A stretch of 62,325 bases of DNA, filler included, from Sphacelaria rigidula (taxonomy: Eukaryota): NCBI GenBank assembly GCA_964200075.2. It is 10 parts of 10 records of this genome, joined end to end, with 100 filler letters (N's around TTAATTAATTAA, not from the genome) between each part and the next. Parts side by side here need not be neighbours in the genome. Positions count along the whole stretch, not along the records: positions 12,488 to 18,630 come from CAXNAA020021960.1; positions 18,731 to 24,873 come from CAXNAA020021961.1; 8 more parts are not named here. One strand, written 5' to 3'. Below are positions 13,047-24,020 of this stretch, in pieces; within the stretch, counting starts at the first letter, position 1, and each line of letters opens with the position of its first letter. Position numbers and translations under genes: made by a program. The notes under the pieces are model-generated. The model was not told the origin of the DNA. It ran no database searches and saw only the letters and a list, made by a program, of their open reading frames with translations.

Positions 13047-14713
13047 CACACCCTGGACAACACAATATGTAATATATATTGCCCGCTCAATATATCGACG
13101 CGTCGAGTGTTCAATATACATTGGGCGAGCAATATGATGGCACGAGAGAGGGTCAACATATAGTGTGCCATCAATATGTCAAGGCTCGCGACATGCAATA
13201 TATATCCATCGAACAATATATCACGACACGCGCCACCTCAATATATATATATATATATTGGCCGAGTAATATGTTGGTGCGAGAAGGCACCAATATACAT
13301 TTGTTGTGTAATATGTTGGCTGCCACCCAAGGTAAATAAATATTGAAGATTCAATATACTCGACACCCGAATCGTCAATATACATTGCCGCCCCAATAGG
13401 TCGTGCGTCAATGCGTCCAATATATATTGGGCGGACAATACACGAGGGTACCGACGGTCACAATACATATTGGTGTAGCAAAATATATTGATTTTCAACA
13501 TGTAGATCGGAAAGTGTACTGAAATTAGTATGGTGGGCAGTTCTTTATTCGCGGGCGCCATTCAAAGATGTATTTTACATGCCGAAAACGCTCAGCGTAT
13601 TCCTCCACAAGCGTGTTCAATATATTTTGGCTGCACAATAGCTATCCAATGAGCGTGCGCAATATATATTGAAAAAACAACACTTCCGCATGGTTTGCGT
13701 TCAATATATATTATGGTAACAATATGCTACGCATCGCTTCGACTCAATATATATTGACACTTCAACACATACACCGCCGGCATGCACAATATATATTGAA
13801 TATTTTATTCCCGGAGCAAATGCATGTCCAATATATATTGCCATACATTACTTTATGATCATGACACGAGCAATATATGTTCTTGCTTCAATGTCTCCGA
13901 GGACATCTCAACATAATATATATTGACAGGACAATATTCGAGCTGGCTCCAATACAAAGTATTGGTATCATATTGGGATATATTCTTTTGTCCAGGATAT
14001 AAGCAACACAGCCCCGGTGACCATATGGGTACCTAAAGGCGCATACCGACCCGCCTTTTCTGTCATCGTGATGTTTAGCCAAGATATATTCATTACATAC
14101 TGGGAAGGGGATGGGCGACGCCGCAACGGTGGCCAGATAGGTATCAGGAAGCATATATATATCGGGTCGCCTCTTCTGTCACCATATTTTCTGACCAGTA
14201 TATATATATATATATATAAATATCAAACGCATTTGACAACTCTCCGTAGTAATGCACGCGAACTTCTGCGGCTCCCTTTGAAGCTTTTCCCTATCTGCAG
14301 GGCTCCGGGATCCATCGCGTTTGCATCTTTCTTAGAGCGTACACCATACTTATAATATCCCATATATTTTCACCGGCCAATACATTGACACCCACGCAGA
14401 CCCAATATATTTTGACCGGTCAACATGTTGTCATCAATGCGAGCCTAATATATATTGGTCGTGCAATATGCTGTCGCCCACGCTGCCCCAATATATACTG
14501 ATGGGACAGTATGTGTTCGACCCCACAGTACCAATATATATATATATATTGAGCGGGCAATATGTATGCAGTCCTACGACATCAATATATATTGGGCGCG
14601 CAATACGTTAGCAGTCCAAGGGTACCAATATATATTACGCCGGCAATATATCGCAAAATTTCAATATGATCGACCAATATATATTACAGATATGTCGTAT
14701 TGTCCAGGGTGTG
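13047..14713. mobile_element. Non-autonomous TIR DNA transposon with CACACCCTGGACAA termini and an 8-bp TSD (hAT- or P-like)
   Basis: Perfect 14-bp TIRs (13047-13060, 14700-14713) are flanked by the direct repeat AAATATTG on both sides. The interior is packed with CAATATATATTG-type motifs and has no credible ORF. Confidence 0.9.
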
Positions 14714-16378
14714 AAATATTGCCTGCCATGCGAGTAGTACAGCATTGACCGCAGGCGTCTAGAGAGAAGTTGTCATCCATGTGCTTACACCATTTTTCAC
14801 TTGACACGAAAACATGTTACATTCGCTTAGTGCACAACGTTTTGACCACAGTGTCCACATGACGTCAAAGTATTCGCTGGCCCTCTCATCTCTGATACGT
14901 CCACCCCCAGTTAATGGTATGATGACTATGACATGCGTGATCATGAGTACACCCCCCAGTTCAACTTTGTACTTTTCATTGATGCTCTTGCCAGCGATAT
15001 ACACCATTTGCCAGGGCGTACACGCTTGTCAAAACGAATCCCTATGGGATACAGGGTTTTCCTCAGTGAGTGCCTCTACACCAAAGCTCCATATTGTTTT
15101 CGCCGTCGGCATTGTAAGAAAGAGCTTCAGTGTACACGTACGACATGAACGAACAAAAGCGTCCGATACAGCATCACAGAGCTTGCCTTTGAGGTCGCTT
15201 CTCGTGGGAACAACGAAGACGTCCAAAAACACTGTTTTTCAATGCCTTGTCTTATCGAAAAATGCAAACTTCCAATCAAACTTCGAACGCATACGTACCG
15301 GGCGTACGTCGGGACATTCGTGTTCAACCGGGTGGGCTGGGGTTGTACGTCTGAAAAACGAACAGTGCTGCACGAAAACCTAGGGCCGAAGCTCTCAAGA
15401 GTAGGCCGGTGTGTGAACTGCGCCAAATTGACGAGGGGTTTCAGTGGGTCGGACACCCACACTGCCTTGAGCAAAGCTTGCGAACGCTCGAGGCGCCTAC
15501 CCCAACATGATTGCCGCGAGGCAGTCTAGCCAAGCCTCCAGGAAACTCGGCACACGAACTCGCTTGCGGGGGGGTCAAGTGTTGGGTCAGGTTTCCTCCT
15601 TCCTTCAAGGAAAAAAAAAAAGGAAAAGTGCTGCCTGACAATGACGCCTCCCGGCGGTGAAAAGCTCAAACAGCCGCAGTATCACCGCCACCCCTCGAGC
15701 AAGAAAAAAAAAGGCGTCCCACTAGTCCATGCCTCACTCTGGCTGTGAATCTGATGCTGGGTCAGGTCAAGAAAGGTCGATCTATTCACACGGGGGGTGT
15801 TGGCACACCGAAATTTGGTGCTTATATTTGTGTTGGAACAAAATGAAGGCGACAACAGGTGTGGTGCCGTGCTGTGCCCGCGCAGCTTAACTACACGTGT
15901 ACGGAGTCTTGAGCATAAACGCACTTGTCCGGTGTCTAGCCGCTGCTCAGCTGCTGGCATTCAAAGCGTGTTCCCGCGGAAATGTATCAAGTATCCCAGG
16001 ATCTACGGCAACTCTTCGCCCAGGCCAATTCTACTACTATTCAGTACAATTGTCTTTCGACTGCGAAAAGACCGACTGTAGCACTGACAAAATACGAACG
16101 ACCTACTGTATGTAATTAGTGTACTGCCATGACGTGGCAATAATGAGCGGGTGGGAAGGGGGAGACAAGACAAAAAACAACGTCCAAACGTAGCTGAGAA
16201 TACGAATGGACGCCGTTTTTTGTCCCCCCCAAAATACTTACAAGATAAAAGATGTGAGAGAAGAAAATAACGACAAAAGAACGGACCCTTCCCCGCACGA
16301 AACTCTGCCCGCCACTCGGGGACGAACAATCTTCACACCAAGGAAGGTTCACTCTTTGAGTCATGTCATCAGTCGCAC

Positions 16379-16825
16379 CTGCGTATGTGGAAGGTGCTGA
16401 AAGAGCCAGAAGGATTCTCTGCCCTGATGAGAGATATCACTTGGCTAGCCTTACAGTACACCTCCTCAGGGTAGTGCAGGAGATCTCGCATCAGGCGAGA
16501 GTAGTAGCTCTGAGCCACTTCGTCAGCATGAAGCACGAAGGCATACCAGGGGGACAGGAGCCGCGCAATCCCGCTCCGCCAGTGGATGATCTGACGGGGT
16601 GTGCGCGGTAGAATGTGCGGCATCTTCATCATCACCATCATCATCGTCATCATGATGATCATCATTATCGTCATGATCATCATCATCATCAGTGTTGTCG
16701 TCGTCATCATCACCCACGTCCTGCTTGCCGTAAATGGCACCCACCTTAGCGGTTTCCCAGCCATCCCGGTACTCCGTGATCTCTCGGTTATACAGCCACT
16801 CCTTTGCGAACGCGTATTCTGGGTC
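16379..16825 (-). CDS. Two exons (16825-16745, 16590-16379) of an O-fucosyltransferase (O-FucT)-like glycosyltransferase
   Basis: A phase-0 join gives DPEYAFAKEWLYNREITEYRDGWETAK-IIHWRSGIARLLSPWYAFVLHADEVAQSYYSRLMRDLLHYPEEVYCKASQVISLIRAENPSGSFSTFHIRR. The RLLxxxY, RDxLHYxxE and FHIRR motifs resemble the O-FucT family, whose H-x-R-R-x-D motif binds GDP-fucose. Splice sites are canonical. Confidence 0.7.
16621..16712. repeat. Degenerate (CAT)n microsatellite inside an intron; another (CAT)n at 3530-3565
   Basis: Directly visible. It lies between the two O-FucT-like exons. Confidence 0.9.
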
Positions 16826-18805
16826 CTGGGACGCAACAATCATAAACAATGGTTGATCACGGGGTTTGCCAAAAACAGATGAAACACAGTCAGATCAAAG
16901 TGCTAACAAGATCTCGAAACGTCCACAAAGTGTTTGAATCGTTCGCGTTCGGATCATGTCAGGTCAAACAGGAGTGATTGTCCGTTATTGAATGATTTTA
17001 CGTGATAACTGATGGGCTGCGGTTCAACAGTCGACGCAGCACAGCACATGCACACCATTCCTCTTTCCTTTTGCGCGCGCGTTTTTTTTCATTTTCAACT
17101 TTCTGTTCGATTTGTTGCCATGTGAAGGTTTTGTCAGCAAAACAATGGTTGAATTGATTTTTTGGAAAAGTATGCTGACTCCTCGGGTGTGCAAATCAAT
17201 GGAAAATTACGTCTTCACTCCGGTACTCCGATATAACATTGCGTCCAACATATAAAAAACGAATGCAACGGTTGAACGGTCGGATCGGTTTCAAGTACCA
17301 CCGTACAAGCAGCGAATTGACCCCAATCGATCAGAGCGTAGACCACGAACAGACTACTCGCGCTACCGAAAACACCTTCGCCTTAATCAGCAGCTGATGC
17401 ATGCTCGGTCATCATCCATTACACTCTACCTTGCCATCAAGGGTCCCTATAAAATGCAGGCTCAGCACATCCTTCACCTGGCCTTTCACAGGAAACGAGG
17501 ATATGCCGAGAGAAATGGAAAAAAAAATGGAGTCCAGATCGCCGCCTCGCGGAGGAGGAGATTGAAGAAGTCACGGGGTATGGCTCGTGGGATGAAGCCC
17601 ATAGTTTGTTCATACACGTGACTTTCAAACTACTGTAATCCTCCTCTACACACATCTTGACCCGGTTGGGGTCGACGGTTAACCGACAGCACACGTTTAG
17701 TTGAGCGTTTTCACGTCGATAGCCGGCTGCGGCTCCTGACAGTCCCTTGGAGAACGACGATATTGTAGACGAGGAAGAACCTAGTAGAATGTTCGGGTGG
17801 GTACTGAAACGATTTCGGGTTATTGAATTCTGGACCAATATGATTGTAGCAATGTTCGTACGCTATAGGCTGGTTCACGGTTTCAACCCAAAATTTTGTC
17901 ACCAGCAAATCTATTTCGTAATTTTTACCCAACAATCTCATATTTGGTATCATACTGATCGCCATAGACAACTGCAGAGGGTGGTATAGCCAGATTTTCG
18001 GTTCAAGGCCATAGCGGTGGCGCTAAGATGCCTCGACCAATCAGCGCCCTTCAAATTGTTCCGAAACCAAGAGGACGAATTCCCAACACAATTTCTACCC
18101 ACTCTCCACATGCTTCACATCGTAGTAACCGCCATCACCTCGGGAATCTAACGGGAGCACACACATTCGAAAACGGTTACTATGAGATCGAAAGATGCCT
18201 AACCCCGTGGTATAGCGGTAATGTGGGGTTGTGGTGTCGTCGGATTTCCAATGATGATATGCATCAAAGACCCGGAATGCCTCTGGATGGTTTCTTTGAA
18301 TCTGTCATAGAAAAGCTTGGACCGCCCTCACAAGTGGCGGTTCGGTAGTGATTCGTGCTCCAAATGGAAAAATATGTGTTCGAAATGTATTTCACAGTTT
18401 CTCCGCTCTTATGCCTTTTTCCGGGGGTCTCGGCGTGAAAACCACCGGAAGCCGGTACGTAACGTCTGACAATAGAATGCAATTGTGTGCGCGTCCCAGG
18501 GTTCCAATTTTCAGTATGAAAAATGGTGTTGTCTGGGTCTTTTCTCATGTCACATCAACCCTTTTGGGACTGAAGCTCACTAACACCACGTTCACGACGT
18601 GTTAGTAAAATAATAATAAACAAGTCTGGGNNNNNNNNNNNNNNNNNNNNNNNNNNNNNNNNNNNNNNNNNNNNTTAATTAATTAANNNNNNNNNNNNNN
18701 NNNNNNNNNNNNNNNNNNNNNNNNNNNNNNCGGGTTAATCCCTTGAGACCACGGACTCATCCCGAGGAAGGGGAGGGGTTCAAAGTGTGAGGAAAGAGAA
18801 AAAAT

Positions 18806-19250
18806 GGGAGCCGTTAAAAAATTCTGTTCAAAACTGCCTTTTTCGCCCTTCTCCGTCATTTTTCGCCTGAAAAGAGGGCTAGGCGGATATTGATGCCTTG
18901 GATGACTTGTTCTACTCGTTGAGGCCGTTCCAGGGCAACTTTGCATTTCCCGCTGGTGGCACTTTTTTTTTTGGCCAAACACGGATTTTCAACAAAAGAC
19001 AGTCAAGCGATAAAAAAACAGGGGGAAATTGTGGTCACCTGACCGTTTTATACTGAACATCCGTGTTTGGCCTCATTTGGCCATAAACAAAAGTGCTGCC
19101 AGCGGGAAATGCAAACTTGACCTATAAGGGTCTCAACGAGTAGAGCAAGTCGTTCCAAGGCGTCAACATGCGTCTAGCCCTCTTTTCGGGCATAAATCGA
19201 CGGAGAAGGGCCCAAAAGGCAGTTTTAAACAGGAATTTTGAACGACTCCC
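18806..19250. mobile_element. Foldback MITE with ~190-bp inverted arms (GGGAG...CTCCC termini)
   Basis: 18806-~18995 pairs with ~19050-19250, for example TTTGCATTTCCCGCTGG with CCAGCGGGAAATGCAAA and CCCTTCTCCGTC with GACGGAGAAGGG. Confidence 0.85.
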
Positions 19251-20441
19251 TCTACAGTTGGCCTAGGACACGCCCTGAGAGGGTGAAAAAAATGTGCGAA
19301 TGAACGGATCAAACATTACGCCCGTGCCGGATCTTCCATCTTCTACTCATCACATATAACATAGTTTCATAACCGATACAGTATAAATATCCAATCTTTG
19401 GCTCGACCTCTTGGTAGGAATCATTTCCTTTACCATCTCCCAAATTAAATTAATCCTTTTCCACGCCTATAGTGGAGGACGGGGCCACCGATAGGCGGCC
19501 ACGTCCGATCCTTGTATTAATATACAATTATATAATGTAGTATATACTGCCCCTTGATGAATATTCATATATATAACTATATATATAATATATAAATATA
19601 TTGTATAACATATAATATAATATATATTAAGGAGAAGAAGCATGTGTATGATATAGACCTAATATATAGACCCATACTATATGAAATATAATATATGAAT
19701 CATAATATATATATATATGACATATAATGTATGAGGTATAATATATACAAGGATCTTTACTGTCTACGGCAGCTGACCGCATCCGCCAACGCCTCGGCAA
19801 AAAACCAGGGGGGGCACGCCTGGGTGTCCCCCCACCCAGCCCCCCCCTTACCCTCCTCCCCCCCCTCAAAACTCGAATTTTCGATCTTGGGGCCTACTTG
19901 TCCTGAATTTTTTTTTCGCTGCCCTCTGACTGCATAATACATAACCTTAACGGCGGCTGGAAAAAAAAGAACATGTCGGGATTCGAACTCATGACCTCCA
20001 TAATCGGAGTCTCTTATCACTTGAATAATAGAGGCGCGGCTCCATCACACGAAAAGTGCGATGCCCCGCCCAATTCGACGACTCTTGAGCTGAAATTTCA
20101 CGAAGACCTTCTGCGCCCAAGGAAATGATACATTGCGGGAGCAGCTGTAGACTCTCGTTTTTTTCCTGGACTTAAGACGTTACCTTGTTTTTCTGAAATT
20201 TGAAACCATCATAACTTTTTTTTTCGATGCTGCTGTCAAGATTTCAGCGTCCAAATTCTAATTTTACGCAGCGCGTCGCCTGAGCGAGAAAACTACCCAT
20301 TGTTGGCTGGTCCAGCTCGTAGGACGAACGGTGTGATATAAAAGTACCACTAGTTGCTCGTGTACGCAATAATCACTCGTGTTTCTTAAGCTTACGGCAC
20401 CGTATCAAAATGTCAGTCATTTACACCACTCCAAAATGTCG

Positions 20442-20566
20442 CCTTTTGGAACCCATTGATGATTTTTATTTTTGTGAATCGGTATCATTTTCAGTCATTT
20501 TCAAGCCAAAATGATGCCAATTTATTATGAAAATGAAAATCGTCAGTGGGTTCCAAAAGGGTTAAC
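20442..20566. mobile_element. Small piggyBac-like MITE
   Basis: An inverted repeat CCTTTTGGAACCCATTGATGATTTT / AAAATCGTCAGTGGGTTCCAAAAGG is followed by G-TTAA. Confidence 0.6.
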
Positions 20567-21726
20567 TTTTGGCATCTAACGATTTATGTGGCGCGTAACG
20601 ATAAAGTTGTTGTTGTCTCCCGTTCGGATATCTACGCAGTACCTTGTACTACTGGGAATCTGATGCAGACGCCCTGACTTTTTTTCGAGTGGTTTCATGG
20701 CGGGGGTACACGTTTTTTCCTGGAGCTGTGCACTGTAGGAGCATCCAACAGTAGTGGACAGCGCACACATACCAGCGGCAGTATGGGCGACTGTTTTCGT
20801 ATTTCCTCGGTCAGGGTGCACCCTCACGCGCGGCGGGAAAGGGGAGAAGCAAGATACAGCTACTGTATACGCTCAATCGACTCATTACGACGTTATTCGA
20901 CCAGCGTCTGACGAAAATTTCCGTAGAAGAGTAATCGACGTGCGCATTGCCGGGGTTGATGAAGCTCGAGTACCCCCTGGAAGCCTGTTCGACAATCAGC
21001 CTGATGACCTTCGCGATCTTCGATTGATCTGTATCGGTATGACCTGTTTAGCCTATACATATTTCTCGTGTGGCGACCTGAAGAACCCGGTTGCTCTGTA
21101 CACATGGCGCGATGAATGATCTGTATGACCCGTGTGATTCGTACAAGTCTGCCTGACGGCGATCTTTATGACTCGTGTATTTGTAGAAACCTGGCACAGG
21201 TAATTTGTACACTCTGTTCATCCGTCCATCACCTCCTTGGGCACACCTACTGTATGTAATCCGAATCAGGTGTCCTCGAAACATCAACAACCTGTGTATC
21301 CTCATAACTCGTACAATGTACCTTCCTGGTGATCGATGATACCCGGAACATGAGGACCGTTCCATAACTAGTTGCGCTGTGTCATTCGAATCGAGTTCAC
21401 AAATTTGTGTGCACACTCCACCTGTATGACCTGGGTCCCATAGAAAATGAACTGTGCCACGTGTGAAATTTGCCGGAACCTCATGTTTGAGATACCTCTA
21501 CACTGTCTACTACTGCTGTTGTTGGATCGGTTACAAGAGTAGGATACGGGATCACCCGCTGTGCGTTCGTGAATTTCGGAACAATTGTGTTGTGAGTTAT
21601 CTCACCCAATTTTGCAATTTGGAACTTTACCCTTACACCGCGAGGTTAGTCTTCTGTTGAATCAGCATCAATATCGATTGAAAAAAAGTATGCATGATCC
21701 AGAGAGACTAATCTCGCGGTCTAGGG

Positions 21727-21849
21727 GTTACTAAGCGTCGGGCCAAGCTAGAACTACGGTGGTGGTGGGAGACCACGTGGCAAGCCCTGTTCGAAGTCAA
21801 ATCAAATCAGGGCTCCCCACGTGGTCCCCCCCCGTAGTACTAGCCTGGC
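21727..21849. mobile_element. Two tail-to-tail 5S rRNA-derived (SINE3-like) fragments
   Basis: CTAAGCGTCGGGCCAAGCTAGAACTACGGTGG...GACCACGTGGCAAGCCCTG resembles the 3' half (internal control region) of 5S rRNA. An (AAATC)n tail follows, then an inverted copy at 21808-21849. Confidence 0.65.
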
Positions 21850-23044
21850 TTAACTTTTGGCGTGTAACGAATTTTGTGACGTGTAGGGATAAGTCCCCTG
21901 AAACGAATATACGTACGTACTTCCATGTGCCGGGCTGCTACAGTCAATCTACGGACTTGTGAACATGCCTTGTACCCGGGCCATACAGGTTAGCAGGTGA
22001 GGAATACTGAAAACTGTTTTCTTGTATACTTAATCCGGATCTTACGGGTGCTGGAAACTGTTTTTTGTATACTAGATTCGGATTCCACGGGTGAGGGGTA
22101 GCTCTTGGTGTTGATGAGATTCAAATCGCGCGGGTCGACGACAAGCTGCTGCGTTTGCCTGAGCCGAGTTTTATAGTTGACAAGTATAAGATGTTGTACA
22201 GATGACACAGTTTTGCAGATCAGCTGAACACGAAAGTGTGTGTGAAGCGGGTCGTACAAATCGTCGCTCGGTAAATATACACGGGTCAAGCAGGTCCTAC
22301 AAATTGCCATCGGACAAGCGTGCACGGGTGACAGCACACACACCGCGGACAGATCAGCATCTATGCCCCAAATGAGCCGACCCGGATCTTTCACGAGCTG
22401 ATCTGTCCGACATGTGGATATATTTGACTGTAGATTACTGTCAGAACTTCGTATGGGCATGGGATTTTTGCGTGGGTTTGTCGTTGTTGTGTCGGAATTC
22501 TTCAGGTGGCAAAATCTCCAGTTGAGATGTCGGATGATGCTGCCTTTGCGGGAAAACGCAATTCGTACCGTGCACTCCAGCTCAGTGACGTTTTTCAGCA
22601 CATGCCTTCTGCAGATGCGGAAGATTTTCAAAAAGATTCGCCCCTTTTGAAAAATCCCTCAAGGATATCAAATTACCTGCCTTCCATCCCTCAGATGCCG
22701 CAGTTGTTGTCATGGGATTTGAAAAAAAACAATCTGGCCGAAGTATATTTATTTGTTGTACGAGAAGTACTCGTATCATCATATAATTCATTAACTAGGT
22801 GATTAATGTATTAATCAATTAAATTGGTTGGTTGGTTGGGAATGGACGGTTGGATGTTTGGTTGGGATTGAATTTTATTTTGTGGACAAGGGAAAGACAA
22901 CCATGGATCGATCACGAATACTGCGTGGTGATTTTCGTGGTTATTGATATGGGTGCAGAGACGAGAGCACCCTGAGGATAGAACAGTGGTAGGGGCAAAT
23001 TTAAAATTTAATGGGCAGATTTTCATTTCGAGGGGGGAGCGCTG

Positions 23045-23081
<37 letters not shown>

Positions 23082-23498
23082 ATGATATATTCATTTATTC
23101 AAATAAAAGATTGTTTGAGGGTGGATGGTTGGATGGTTGATTTCTTTTTTTGAGCAAGGGAAAGACAATATACCATGTAGATATTTTCCAATATCTTATT
23201 CGATCCGATTGGTTGTTTTTTTCTGGCCATCCTAGGATCACTGCTTCCGAGGGATGGTGATGTTAGATTTTCGTGATCCTTTCAAAATATCCCTCTTTGA
23301 AATGGTCGCGTCCCCCTGAGTGATGACGGAAACACTAAATATATGGATATTTGTATCGCCAGCCGACTGAACCCAATCTACGATGATTGATGTCCAGCGC
23401 TTGCCTGTACAATTGAATCACAGGACATCTGAGGACTGTTTACCGCATGGTCGGGAACTGTGGTCACTACTACGGATGAGGTTCCGACATCTCTAGCG

Positions 23499-24020
23499 CT
23501 AACCCTAACCCCGACCAAGGCGTAAGAGAACCCTCGGGTACTGGGGGTGCAGAGCGTGTCTTAGGCAAAATTGCGCGTTGCAGACCTCAAATCGGCGCCT
23601 AGGGCGTCGATTTGGACACAAACACGTTCTGGGCGAGCTAGGAGCACTTGGCATTGTCAGCCCCTCCAAAGATCCGAATATCGGGGTCCACACTAGAATC
23701 ATATCATGACCACTACTGTTTCGTGTAAGGACGTCTTATCCAAAAAAAGAGAGGACCGATTACCAAATGTTCAGAAACAATGGTTAGTACTGTGAATAAG
23801 GTCCTGCCCAACCTAACCCTAACCCTAATCCCGACCAGGGCATGAGAGAACCCTCGAGCGTGGGGGGTGCAGAGGGTGTCCCGGGCAAGGTGTACGTTGG
23901 CAGACCTCAAATTAACTGCGGCGCCGATTTTGGACAGAAGCACGTTCTGGAGAAAATAGGAGCGCCTGGTACGGTCCGCCGCTTTAAAGATCCGAATACC
24001 GGTGTCCACACTAAAATTGC
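23499..24020 (+). repeat. Two diverged ~200-bp direct repeats (period ~320 bp), each headed by telomere-like CCCTAA units; a similar arrangement at 41058-41255
   Basis: CTAACCCTAA(C/T)CCCGACCA...GGGGGTGCAGAG...GATCCGAATA...GTCCACACTA occurs at 23499 and 23818. Confidence 0.75.

Noticed and set aside
16523..16849. Asp-rich ORF (and the poly-His/Ser ORFs at 3262-3691)
   Set aside because: These are translations of intronic (CAT)n microsatellites. The real exons end at splice donors before the repeat or lie on the other strand.
20950..22780. Long ORFs (including 21990-22631) as a gene or transposase
   Set aside because: I found no recognisable motifs in any frame. It is probably old repeat-derived sequence.
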